64,000 nt of DNA, from positions 102,933,026 through 102,997,025 of the forward strand of contig NC_068984.1 of assembly GCF_001194135.2 (NCBI RefSeq), given 5' to 3'. The position numbers were made by a program, and so were the translations under genes. The stretch comes from Octopus bimaculoides. Its lineage: Eukaryota. This document shows, piece after piece, positions 11,686 to 24,649 of the stretch; position 1 is the stretch's first letter; each line of letters opens with the position of its first letter. Under the pieces are notes generated by a model. The model was not told where the DNA came from, searched no databases, and saw only the letters and a list, made by a program, of their open reading frames with translations.

Positions 11686-12901
11686 AACAGAAATAAACAA
11701 AGGGAGAAAATAAAAAAGGTTTAGTGGCTAGCGATCAATCATGGTGAATGCCGGACAGGGGTGGTCAAACAGAAGAGCTAGGAAGAAGGGGAGATGAAAA
11801 AAATAATGGTGATCCCAAAACGAAAGTGCGCGTGCGTATGTATGTGAGAGCTTGTATGTGCATGTGGATAAGGGCTGGTGACCTTGACGTGTGCATGTGT
11901 AGGTGTGTGGATGATGGTGTGTGATGAATTTGGGATTTTGTGGAGGGTCAAAGTTGGTAACAAAACCAGGACAGTGAAATAAATAGTGAGGGCTGCTAAG
12001 CCAGACGGGGTAAGGTAGCGAACGCTGAGGAACATTCTTGGACAGGAGAAAAGACAAGAAAAGGAAGATGAGCACGTGTGGAAAAAAAGATGGGCGATGG
12101 TCTCGTGTGAGCAACGAGAGAGTAACGGAGGAAGAGGGAGAGAGAGAGAGAGAGAGANNNNNNNNNNNNNNNNNNNNNNNNNNNNNNNNNNNNNNNNNNN
12201 NNNNNNNNNNNNNNNNNNNNNNNNNNNNNNNNNNNNNNNNNNNNNNNNNNNNNNNNNNNNNNNNNNNNNNNNNNNNNNNNNNNNNNNNNNNNNNNNNNNN
12301 NNNNNNNNNNNNNNNNNNNNNNNNNNNNNNNNNNNNNNNNNNNNNNNNNNNNNNNNNNNNNNNNNNNNNNNNNNNNNNNNNNNNNNNNNNNNNNNNNNNN
12401 NNNNNNNNNNNNNNNNNNNNNNNNNNNNNNNNNNNNNNNNNNNNNNNNNNNNNNNNNNNNNNNNNNNNNNNNNNNNNNNNNNNNNNNNNNNNNNNNNNNN
12501 NNNNNNNNNNNNNNNNNNNNNNNNNNNNNNNNNNNNNNNNNNNNNNNNNNNNNNNNNNNNNNNNNNNNNNNNNNNNNNNNNNNNNNNNNNNNNNNNNNNN
12601 NNNNNNNNNNNNNNNNNNNNNNNNNNNNNNNNNNNNNNNNNNNNNNNNNNNNNNNNNNNNNNNNNNNNNNNNNNNNNNNNNNNNNNNNNNNNNNNNNNNN
12701 NNNNNNNNNNNNNNNNNNNNNNNNNNNNNNNNNNNNNNNNNNNNNNNNNNNNNNNNNNNNNNNNNNNNNNNNNNNNNNNNNNNNNNNNNNNNNNNNNNNN
12801 NNNNNNNNNNNNNNNNNNNNNNNNNNNNNNNNNNNNNNNNNNNNNNNNNNNNNNNNNNNNNNNNNNNNNNNNNNNNNNNNNNNNNNNNNNNNNNNNNNNN
12901 N

Positions 12902-12949
<48 letters not shown>

Positions 12950-13510
12950 AGATGTACTCTCTCCCTCATACATCGGTTTCACATTCATTACCACTACCTA
13001 TAATTTCTTTTTTGATATCTTACTAAATCTCCTTTTCTTCTCCTCTATACTAATTTCTATAATCTTCCATACACTAAAAATTTGAATATGATTTTTTTGT
13101 ATGTGTATACTGGAGTTGAAAAATTGATGCAGCCATGACATTCTGTTGATCTGATGTGCTTACTTTCTATATTTGCATTCGTTTGTAAAATGTACTCTAG
13201 TACAATGCAATTTAAAGCATACACACTAATGTAGACATATAAATAATTTATCATACACTAAAAAAATTATTTTCAATTATGTTGGCTACCAAACGGCAAT
13301 CGTCCTACGGATATCAACTGATAAAATATATTCATTTCAAACTCCCTGATTTCCTTTTTATTCTGTATACTTCTCATGAAATAATTTTCACTGATTGGAT
13401 TTACTGGATTTCAACTTCATAGGACTCTACATTACACGCCTATGTATTGGTTTACTCTGTGGTTTGTAGCCTGGTTTACTAAAGGAACTGTTTTGTGATT
13501 GCCACTGGAT

Positions 13511-14040
13511 TATATAAATCCGTATCCATATATTGTGCATAAGTGTGTGGACAAACAAAACAAACTCAGAAGCAATCAACACATTTTGTAGGATTTACGG
13601 CACTTTTTGGTTATCTCACCCCCATTAAAAAATTGCCATTAAAATTGGGTTATCTCCTCACTAAGATATTGAGCTTATGTGGCAACAAGCGATAGCATTA
13701 AAAGAGTTAGATACTTTTGATTCAATATTTTAACACATTGTTGACTGTTGGCCTCCTCAATAGGCATGGTATGGTTTGTTATAAATATGTCATTAGTTTC
13801 AATAAGATGTTTATTTTTTTCAGTTTTCATGTTTATTAATATTTTCAGTTTTGTATGATGTGTTATAAAATATGAAATTCATTAAGATGTTTTAACCTTT
13901 TCGCTTTTGATGTTTATTAATTTTTTCATTTTTTTTTTTTTTTTGCTTTTATTGACGGTTAAAAAATTGTTTTAGTTGGGGAAGATAACACAATTTTTTA
14001 ATGGGGGTGAGATAACCAAAGTGTACCGGATTTATATGTA
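13511..14040. mobile_element. MITE-like element with long terminal inverted repeats
   Basis: cactttttggttatctcacccccattaaaaaattg (13601-13635) is the reverse complement of 13991-14023 apart from a 2-nt indel; outer tatataaatccg(g)ta at 13511 pairs with 14024-14038. Confidence 0.8.
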
Positions 14041-14198
14041 TCATTATTTAAAATAGGTTGATTCGGGTCCATGTGACTTGAAGTTTCGAGGGCTTCTAAC
14101 AGAAACCTTATGCAACCCGCCTCCATAAACGTTGTGTGAGCACGCAATCACACACACATACACACACACATGTACGCATCTATATACACACACGTGTA

Positions 14199-14431
14199 AA
14201 GGCGGCGAGCTGGCAGAAACGTTAGCACGCCGGGCGAAATGCTTGGCGGTATTTCGTCTGTCTTTACGTTCTGAGTTCAAATTCCGCCGAGGTCGACTTT
14301 GCCTTTCATCCTTTCGGGGTCGATTAAATAAGTACCAGTTACGTACTGGGGCCAATATAATCGACTTAATCCGTTTGTCTGTCCTTGTTTGTCCCCTCTG
14401 TGTGTAGCCCCTTGTGGGTAGTAAAGAAATA
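14199..14431 (+). mobile_element. SINE family A with an alternative 3' tail
   Basis: Near-consensus head and central domain; tail gccaatataatcgacttaatcc...gtagccccttgtgggtagtaaagaaata differs from the other A copies. Confidence 0.88.
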
Positions 14432-14680
14432 ACACACACACCTGTACACTCTCTCACAAACGAACACGCACACATACATGCATACACACATCTATGTACG
14501 CACACTCCTCCCCTCTTTCCTATTCTCCCCACCCCCACCGAGCACAGAAACATACACACACATATATATGTATGCATTTATGTATGTATGTATGTGAGTG
14601 TGCGTGTGTGTCTGTATACAAGCATGTGTGTTTGCATGTATGTATGTGTGTGTTGTGTACAAGCATGTGTGTTTGTCTGC

Positions 14681-14712
<32 letters not shown>

Positions 14713-14722
14713 NNNNNNNNNN

Positions 14723-14762
<40 letters not shown>

Positions 14763-16011
14763 TGTAGGTAAGGTATGTAAGCATATGTGCGTGTGTGTTT
14801 GTGTGTCTGAGTAAATTCTCAATAGGTAACGTTAGTCTAGTTTAGAAATACTATTAACTTTATGATTATATACAATAGCAATTACAATGTTTTTAATTAA
14901 GTATTTAAACGTTACGAATTACTTAAAAAAGTTTAAATTAGTTTTAATAGAAAATTGAAGAACATTGAATGGAAGTATATTTCATTTGAAAACATTAAAA
15001 TAGGTTTAGTGTCCTCTTGCATCACAATTTTTTACTATAAAAGTCAGCATAAAATAAATCAACGTTAATGCTCAACGTTTAAATGAAAATCATTTTTAAA
15101 GATTTTCTTTTATTTATTTTTGTTGTTGTTGTTATTTTGTTTTCATAGATTGAAACGAATTTTTATAATGTTTTAATGTTTACAATAAATTTTATGAAAA
15201 GCAATCAAGAAAATTATAAATATTAAAGCAGTAAAATTGATTTACAAATGTCGAAATTTCACTTGTGTTATGCCACTTGGTTTAGATATGAGGAAAATGA
15301 TAACCTACTTCTATCCATCCTAAAGTAATAAAACATACACACAGTTACACACACACACACATACACACATACACTCTCACATACACACACATTTATGTAA
15401 ATGTATATACACATATATATGCATGTATTTATGTATATATGTATATATATTTAGCTCTTTGTCAGTCTATGTGTGTGTATGTATGTGTGAGTGTTTGCAC
15501 CATATACATATGAATATATATGCTATATGTAATATATATGTATATATATCTGTGTGTGTAAGTGTGTGTTGTTTGTCCATCGTAATCAAAAATCATTTTA
15601 ACGTATATCCATTAATAAGATATTATGCTTCAATACGTAAATATATCTTTAATTTTATTTTAAACTGTAAAATATAAACAAAAACAAACACATATTTTCA
15701 AACGATATTGTAGCTTTAATTCCACGGTAAACATGAAAAGAAAACGAAAAAAAATATTGTTTGCATTACAAAATATTCTATTAAGTAAATCGTAGATTTA
15801 ATTTTGTTGTAAACATTAAAAAAAATATGAAAGATAAATGTAATTTAAATGTGAATGAACTTAAAAAATATATATATCGTCTTTTGGAAATAATAGCGCA
15901 GTTTTCAGATGATTTAAGTGAATTAGATTAAAATAGCTGTGTTCAATTTTGCTCGGAGGTCACTACCAGTTTCACGAACCTGTGAAAAAAGTACACTTGT
16001 AAGTAGAGAAT

Positions 16012-16154
16012 TGTGCGAAGCTTGCTTTCCAACCACATGGTTCCGAGTTCAGTCCCACTGTGTTGCACCTTGGGCAAGAGTCTTCTACTAAAGTCTCGGG
16101 CCGACCAAAACGTTGTGGGTGGATTTGGTAGACAGAATACGAAAGAGGCCCCTC

Positions 16155-16158
<4 letters not shown>
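16012..16158 (+). mobile_element. SINE family B (CORE-like), 5' half
   Basis: accacatggttccgagttcagtccc (box B) then gcaccttgggcaagagtcttc, resembling the CORE-SINE domain gtgaccttgggcaagtcactt; runs into (TA)n and a gap. Confidence 0.85.
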
Positions 16159-16186
<28 letters not shown>

Positions 16187-17059
16187 NNNNNNNNNNNNNN
16201 NNNNNNNNNNNNNNNNNNNNNNNNNNNNNNNNNNNNNNNNNNNNNNNNNNNNNNNNNNNNNNNNNNNNNNNNNNNNNNNNNNNNNNNNNNNNNNNNNNNN
16301 NNNNNNNNNNNNNNNNNNNNNNNNNNNNNNNNNNNNNNNNNNNNNNNNNNNNNNNNNNNNNNNNNNNNNNNNNNNNNNNNNNNNNNNNNNNNNNNNNNNN
16401 NNNNNNNNNNNNNNNNNNNNNNNNNNNNNNNNNNNNNNNNNNNNNNNNNNNNNNNNNNNNNNNNNNNNNNNNNNNNNNNNNNNNNNNNNNNNNNNNNNNN
16501 NNNNNNNNNNNNNNNNNNNNNNNNNNNNNNNNNNNNNNNNNNNNNNNNNNNNNNNNNNNNNNNNNNNNNNNNNNNNNNNNNNNNNNNNNNNNNNNNNNNN
16601 NNNNNNNNNNNNNNNNNNNNNNNNNNNNNNNNNNNNNNNNNNNNNNNNNNNNNNNNNNNNNNNNNNNNNNNNNNNNNNNNNNNNNNNNNNNNNNNNNNNN
16701 NNNNNNNNNNNNNNNNNNNNNNNNNNNNNNNNNNNNNNNNNNNNNNNNNNNNNNNNNNNNNNNNNNNNNNNNNNNNNNNNNNNNNNNNNNNNNNNNNNNN
16801 NNNNNNNNNNNNNNNNNNNNNNNNNNNNNNNNNNNNNNNNNNNNNNNNNNNNNNNNNNNNNNNNNNNNNNNNNNNNNNNNNNNNNNNNNNNNNNNNNNNN
16901 NNNNNNNNNNNNNNNNNNNNNNNNNNNNNNNNNNNNNNNNNNNNNNNNNNNNNNNNNNNNNNNNNNNNNNNNNNNNNNNNNNNNNNNNNNNNNNNNNNNN
17001 NNNNNNNNNNNNNNNNNNNNNNNNNNNNNNNNNNNNNNNNNNNNNNNNNNNNNNNNNNN

Positions 17060-20000
17060 CTTTCTTAAATTGTATTAGATCTACGACTTCGTTCACTTTT
17101 AAAGTTCCATGCATTTTCACTGCTTCAATCATATCTTCTTTACTCTCCTTGACACACGAAGCCAGGCTATTCTCCTTTTCCTTTACACAACCTTCACAAC
17201 ATACCAATCCCCGTCCTCCTTCTTTCCTCTTTACATAAAATCTTGACACATCACTCTTGGGGTGTAGTTCCTTGTTCATTGTCATTAATTTACGTGTGCT
17301 CCGGTCTATCTCTTGTAATTCATGCTTCTTCCAGGATACTATTCTTGCCCCATATCTCATCAAAGCAACAACCAACGTGTTAATTGCTCTAATCCTATAT
17401 CGGCCATTTAGCTTTGATTGAAACATAAGCCGAATTCTCCTCAAATACTCTTTCCTGTACATTTCTTTCATCTTGGTGTTCATTCATCTTATCTCCTTCA
17501 ATGATATCCAGGCATTTATATCCTTCCTCACCGATTTCCTTTACTGTTTCACACATTTGGAGCTTGATCCCATCGCTTTTACTGATTTCCCCCCTTTTGA
17601 GAATCATTACACCACATTTCTCGATCCAAAATTCCATGCCAATATCTTTGCTAATCATCTGCACAGTTGCCGTCTCACTCTCAATTCCTTTCTCAGTCTT
17701 AGCAAATAGTTTTAGGTCATCCATAAACCACATCTTGCTTACTTTCAGCCTGCCTAGCATGTACCCCAAGCGCATCTTTCTTAAAACGCTCGTTAGTGGC
17801 AGTATGCAGACAACAAATAGCAGGGGTGACAGACTGTCCCCTTGAAAGATTCCTCTTTTGATATTTACTTCTTCCAGCTTATCTCCCCATGCTGTGAGTT
17901 CAGTTCGCCACGTTGTCATTAAGTTTTGTATTAAGTTCAGGATATTGTGGGAGTCCTTAAGCAGCTTAAGGCATTCAATAATCTACGAGTGTGAGACAAT
18001 GTCATATGCTTTCCTGTAGTTCACCCACGCCATTGCCAAATTTTTGTGTCACTTCTTGCAATCAACCGCAATAGTCTTATCGATTAGTAATTGATCCTTC
18101 GTTCCTCACCCTTTTTGTTCTACTGGTAACAGGTCGTTCCAATCTAGGTACTTATAGATACTGTTTGATATAATGCCCGTTATCAGTTTCCACATCAGTT
18201 GCAAATAAAATATTGATCAGAAGTTTCCAACCGCATTCCTTTTACTTGGGTCCTTGTGGCATAGTACCATTCTTCTTTTTGCCATCCAGGCCGGTACTTG
18301 GATGTCACTACTCAGTATTTCGTCCATCTGTCTCGCAATTCTCCTGTGCAAAGCTGTCAAGTTTTTAAGCCAAAAGCTCTGAACCCCATCTGGGCCAGGC
18401 ACTTTCCAGTTAGGAATTTTTCTGCACTGATCTCTAATCATCTCCTCGGTTATTCTTAAATCTTCCTGCTGATACTCTCTTCTTTCCTTGTTGAGTGTTT
18501 TTAACCACTTTGCTTCAGTTTCGTGTTGTTTCTCCTGATACCATATTTTTGACCAAAATCTTTTATTTTCTTCAGCATCCGGCACGGCTTTTTCACCTTT
18601 TTCTTTCCCATCCAGTTCCTGATAGACTCGTTTCTGATTCTGAAAAGTCTGTTTAATTCTCTGCTCAATTCTCTGTTCATGTCTCTTCAGTTTATGTGCT
18701 TTAACTTTCAACTATTATTTTAATTCCTCAATCACAATATTGATTCCCTTTCTGTTCACCCTATACTTCCTCTCTTACTCAACATATTTCTCTCACTGAA
18801 CTTCATTTCTCTTTTTCCGGTCCAAAATGTTAATATGCTTTCTGGTCTCATTAATAGACTGCGTTATTCTCTTTTTCCACCATGGTTCCTTCAGGTTATG
18901 TTGACATTTACCTTTGGCTTTCAAACCTAACTTCCTGGTTATAAAGATCGAGATTGCATTTATCAGATTGTTGGTGTCTGTGATGTTGTCAGTCCTGATA
19001 TCACCAGTGATATCATTTATCTTCCTGACCCATTCATTGAGTTTCTTTCTGTCTACTTTTTTAAACCCCGTATGGAGGCTCTGTTCATCAGAGGTCCAAA
19101 TATCAATGATTTCATTTAAAATGGATATCTGCTCCTCGGTTCTCTCATCGCTTTCCTGATCAATAATCATGCTCGTTTTCTTCCTTTAACTCAACTGCCA
19201 TAGTTTCGCTATCAGCGTTCTCTTACTCATCCTTCCGTTCACCGCTGGTCTTACTATCCCTAAGCACCGTCTCTTAATGCTTCCCAGTTCAACTGGAGAT
19301 AACCATTCATTCTTTCTGAATGCTCTAGCTTGCTCACACATATTTTGTTCACATAATTCAAATAGGCCTCAGTCACTCCATACCCTGTGCATTATTTTCC
19401 TATATCCCCTAGCGAGTACTTCATTATCATTTCTCGGATTACCCAGAAAGTAGCACTCCATTACAACCACATTCATTTCTTTCGTCCACCTTCTATTAGC
19501 AGTTGCCTGACAACGACTGGGCCTACGCTGCTCACCCGTGGGGCATCCGCCGTGTGAAAGACCTTCACAAAGTGTTCCAGCCTCATTCACGCTGTTCTCA
19601 TTTCTATTTTTATTTGACATTTCAGCACTCATGATGAGGGTTAGTGAATTTTAGGTTGCACAACCACCAGTAATTTTTTTCCCCCGTGACGCCATCACTG
19701 ATAGGATCTCTACCCTAGGATATAGGATTCCTACAATCCTGGTTCAATTTTTGGAGCTTTCGTCTCCTAGAAGAGATATTCAAGGTTATGATTGCTTCTG
19801 CCTCTTAGATATATGCTATTTTGGTGGCCGTTGCCTCGTATGAGTTCATTATCTTTTATACAGGTCTTGCTTTTCTTCCTGTAGAGTGTCAAAATAGCAA
19901 GAAACATACACCCTCCTCACAGGGTAAGCTCTCCGGGGTTGCCAGTATAGTCGCCGACGTTCCAACCGAAAAAAAAATTTCCTCGCTCCCAGTTTAAATA

Positions 20001-20204
20001 CGAGAAAGAGGTGGTGGAAGTGGGAGGGCGACTGCATCGGCCTCATAGAAAAGCGGTCTTTTCATTACAGTAGCTAGTAATATTCTGAGAAGATAAACAA
20101 AAAAAGAGAGAAAAGAGGAAGAGGAAATTTTTAATTGACTTTCTTTGACCTCATGGCAAGGCGGTCTTTTCATTACAATAGCTAGATAGTAATATTTTGA
20201 GAAG

Positions 20205-20206
<2 letters not shown>
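17060..20206 (-). mobile_element. near-full-length R4/Dong-clade retrotransposon, frameshifted; 3' end lost in N-gap
   Basis: Minus ORFs 19369-19632 (RRWTKEMNVVVMECYF...GYRK), 18793-19170 (EPWWKKRI), 18217-18711 (NWKVPGPDG...GNF), 17395-17919 (IFQGDSLSPLLF...FMDDLKLF) and 17060-17483 (KRKEGGRGL). About 570 nt of 5' leader begins at the (TAA)n tract near 20206. Confidence 0.93.
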
Positions 20207-20277
<71 letters not shown>

Positions 20278-20760
20278 TTATTATCCAGTTGCCATATTTT
20301 TATCACGTGCTTTCAGTGCACTACCGACTGCAGCTCTGTGTGTCTTGTTCGGTGCCTAGTAGTGTCATTTTCTGTATGTTACATATATTCGAAAGGCCTG
20401 GTGTTTTGGATATGTATTTGTCTGAATGTCTTTTAATCATACCTAATGCATCTATTATTATTGAGATTGTTTCTATTTTTAGGCTCCGCATTCGGGTTAT
20501 CTCTGTTTCCAGATCTTTGTATTTTGATAGTTTCTTCGTTTGTTTTTTTAGAGATGTACTGTCATCTGTTGGGATTAATACATCGATTAGAAGGCATTTT
20601 TTTCTTGATCTCTGACAACTATATCTGGTCCATTAGCCTTGATCACCCGCTTTCACATTACAATACTTTCTTTTTCTCTTCTACCTCCCTCAGTACTTCG
20701 TTTCGTATTCTTGTAATGTGACAAATAGAGGAAAGCCATTACAAAAGAAACGTGTCTTGT
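20207..20760 (-). mobile_element. R4/Dong-clade 3' fragment with (TAA)n tail, same subfamily as 1520-1875
   Basis: Reverse complement gives DLETEITRMRSLKIETISIIIDALGMIKRHSDKYISKTPGL; 3' UTR cacagagctgcagtcggtagtg...aaagcacgtgataaaaat matches 1800-1858; tail about 20207-20283. Confidence 0.9.
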
Positions 20761-20793
20761 CCTTTAAAATCCTACACGCATGAGTAGATTTTA

Positions 20794-20830
<37 letters not shown>

Positions 20831-20970
20831 CATGTATATGTATACTCATGGTGCTCCTTTCCACGGTGGTGCTCCAGCATGACCAAAGCCCCATAGCTGA
20901 AACGAGTAAATGAGTGAAAGAATGTAAAATACACACACATATATGTGTGTCTATGTATTTATTCATAGAT

Positions 20971-21039
<69 letters not shown>

Positions 21040-22073
21040 CAAAAGAAAGAAGTAAAATGGTTGCAAAAATAGAGAGAGTGAAGCAAAATGTTCACATCCT
21101 GGAGTGTTGAGAAAATTGGTTTGATAGAATAACTTTAGATTCATGCACCTGATGCCTTGTACCATTAAGAAGTCAAAATAAATCTCTTAAATATATATGA
21201 AAATTTTATGAAATAAATAGATTAAGATTTGGTAAAGGTACTTACAAATAAACAAACAAAAAATAAAGATAAACCTTTAAGAAGAGAATTATTGTATGGT
21301 AAGAAGAAAATATATTCAGATAAAGACAGTAAGAAATAGCGTATGAGAAAAAGCAAAACAGTCAGTATTAACTAAAGCACGATGAAATTAAATATACAAT
21401 AGAGAGATAGCCGGTGATAACGGTTGCAGAATCATTCACGTGATTTTCACCTTCAATAAAACATCAATAAAATCACCACAAGAGTGATTTAGTCTCGAAG
21501 ATAAGACTAGCAATGTCTTCAGACGCTGATGGACATACGAATCATATTGTTCCATATAAAATATAACGTTTATGCAGGCAATACGACAAACCTTAAATGA
21601 AAAAGTAACACTAAATCATAGTGTAATATTTTCAGTAATACACACATAGACGAATATTCTTACACCTGCGGAACAACATACACATATACGAGACTTACAA
21701 ACACAAATATACATGCGTACAAGATTGAGCAAGCGCATGCTTGTTTGGTTACATGAGTGTGTAGAACACTGATGAAACGATAGAGCACAATTTGAACTGT
21801 GTTGTCCAATAACGCCTTTGTTCACACATGCAATATGTATGCACATGTGTACATGCGTATGTGTACGTGCGCATGTATATGTAAATGTAAATATACATAC
21901 ATATACACGTATATATAAAGAGATAGATGGATGTATGTATATGCGCATTTATCTATCTATATCTATAATATGTATGTATGTATGTATGTATGTAGGTATG
22001 TATGTATGTATATATGTATGTATGTATGTATATTTGTATGTATGTATGTAGGTATGTATGTATGTATGTATGT

Positions 22074-22107
<34 letters not shown>

Positions 22108-22199
22108 GGACGGACGGATGGATAGATAAAAGTTTTCTATGTGCGTACACTTGTATGTTATATTGTTTTATATGAGATTAAACCTCCAAAATGTAGTTT

Positions 22200-23060
22200 C
22201 CGTGGGTTCGTTGACGGTACATGGCATCAGGTTTAAAAGTAGTAGACTGTTTTCTTTGGTTGAACTGGACAATATAAAGGTGAAGTTCATGGATATTGCG
22301 CTTAACTTGGGCTCACAATGTTATGATTCCTTCAAGAAACCAATCAGCACGCCAGTGTACATCCATGGAATCCAACCTTCAGTGAAAGGTCATGAAAAGT
22401 ATTCCAGCAAGCATCAGGAAGATGGCATGTACATTATTCTTAGACAAAACCATCTTCAACGAGTCTGCAAAGTATTATATCAAGGTACTATTATGTACAC
22501 TATATCAAGAAAGAATACTGTACTCACCAGCACCATTGAGGAACATTCCTCCAAATGTTTAGAAATGTAAATATTATATGGTATAACCCACCATACTGAA
22601 TTTTTGTAAACGCATTGCTGTAAATCTTTGCTTCTTGCTATTTGGAAAACAATTGCTGAACAGCCATAAATTCCACGAGCTCTTCAACAAAAGCAGCATT
22701 AGTTGAGTTACAACAGACTAAAAAGTATTTTCTAAAGGCATCAATGGACATAATTGCAAAGTAATGCAACGAAACAGTGTAAAAAGATCCAACAGACAAT
22801 TGCCTCTAAAAGGTTAGAGAAGGTTAGAGGAATTGCATTACTTAAGGGAATATGTATGTATCAACATGACATCAATGAACTATAGAAGGCATACAGAAAA
22901 CTCCTTGTTCCACCAGTATAACAGTACATTTCATCATCGCCTCTTGGAAAATACCACAGCACCATCAAAATACATTTGGAAATTGGAAAACAAAGGAGAA
23001 ACTTTTAGCATCTCATAGTCAGTATAAGATAAAGAACAGGAACGAACAAAATCATGATTC
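22200..23060 (+). mobile_element. Penelope-like element remnant (RT C-terminus + GIY-YIG)
   Basis: By-eye translation across frameshifts: IPASIRKM...DKTIFNESAKYY, NIIWYNPPY, and HRLLENTTAPSKYIWKLENKGETFSI, typical of PLE RT thumb/linker and GIY-YIG. Confidence 0.75.
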
Positions 23061-23225
23061 AGGTTTATAATTCCTGTTTATCTTACATGATTTAACTTAT
23101 ATATGCCTTTACTCATTCTCAACATACGTATTACGCGATTTAACTTCCTTTTATAGCCTAACACAAGATCTCACTTGCTCATTCACTTATTTATTCACTC
23201 TCTCCACCCGCACCCCTCCCTCTCG

Positions 23226-23319
<94 letters not shown>

Positions 23320-23560
23320 ATGTGTATGTGTGTATGAACAAGTACGTGTATCTATGTACTTGTATTATGAGAGACGGTGAGGTGCAGACCAACATATAGA
23401 CAAACAAGCAGAAACAGAGTTACGCAGAGAAAGACAGACAGACAGAGACAGACAGACGGAAAGAAAGAGAGAGAGGTTATATATGTGTGTATATTTTGGT
23501 ACATAAGTTAATTTTGAAAATGAACACAACTGTCATCTTCGCATTACAGTAATTTATTAT

Positions 23561-23705
23561 CTTTTCTACTCTAGGCACAAGGCCCGAAATTTTGGGGGAG
23601 GAGGCCAATCGATTAGATCGACCTCAGTATGTAACTGGTACTTAATTTATCGACCCCAAAAGGATAAAAGGCAAAATCGACCTCGGCGGAATTTGAACTC
23701 AGAAC
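23561..23705 (-). mobile_element. SINE family A, 5'-truncated
   Basis: Reverse-complement tail and central domain up to the box B (gaatttgaactcagaac). Confidence 0.85.
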
Positions 23706-24248
23706 AATCGCTAGTCTAGCAATGATCCTAGCATCATGTCAAACTAGACTGTATTATCTTGTCATATGATACATCCTTTAGTCCGGCACGGAAATTGTAC
23801 CATTTAATCACTTGGTACATCAGTTATCTGGCATTATTCAATTTATACCGTTTAACATTACCTAAACACAAGTATATTGCAATCAATCACCCTTTACTTT
23901 GTTTCACCTTCAACATCTCTAACCTCTCATCTATCAAACTAAATTAAAGAGATATTTATATCCCTCTTGTCTACTGAAGCGATATATAGCGTTATCTAGC
24001 ATCATCTTTATCGATCAGATGTATTGATCAGTGAGTGATCAGCCCTATTGATATCACTTGATTGTAACTTTTGACGTCAATCTGGGTTCCAAAAGTCAGA
24101 AGAGAATAAATGAAGCAAATACATACACGAAGAGAATATGGATTACAAGCTAGGTCCACCAGAAACCTGCGGTGCTTGCCATTGTGCACAACATAATTCC
24201 TATCTATTCAGCGAAGTAGCATCTATCTCGAAATTGTTAAAAATTTAT

Positions 24249-24649
24249 AGGCGTAGTAGTGGCTGTGTGGTAAGTAGCTTGCTTACCAACCACATGGTTC
24301 TGGGTTCAGTCCCACTGCGTGGCATCTTGGGCAAGTGTCTTCTACTATAGCCTCGGGCCAACCAAAGCTTTGTGAGTGGATTTGGTAGACGGAAACTGAA
24401 AGAAGCCCGTCGTATATATGTATATATATATGTATGTGTGTATGTGTTTGTGTGTCTGTGTTTGTCCCTCCAATATCGCTTGACAACCGATGCTGGTGTG
24501 TTTACGTTCCCGTAACTTAGCGGTTCGGCAAAGAGACCGATAGAATAAGTACTAGGTTTCCAAAGAATAAGTTCTGGGGTCGATTTGCTCGACTAAAGGC
24601 GGTGCTCCACAGTCAAAAGACTGAAACAAGTAAAAGAGTAAAAGAGTAA
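24249..24649 (+). mobile_element. SINE family B, full composite form
   Basis: tRNA head (tggctgtgtggt; gggttcagtcc), CORE-like domain, internal TA/TG microsatellite, second module and tail ggcggtgctcc...actgaaacaagtaaaagagtaaaagag. Confidence 0.92.

Larger units (their letters stand above)
11240..11745 (-). repeat. two tandem units of a short repeat, each carrying a hammerhead-like motif (Penelope/retrozyme-like)
   Basis: Units at about 11240-11430 and 11555-11745 share gacg...gtgtaaataacaaa.ggatgtatt.gt.t.acgctcgg...gaaagtcttt.acgtttcgagc.tacgct.ttcaacagaaagaa; separated by CA/TA microsatellite. Confidence 0.8.
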
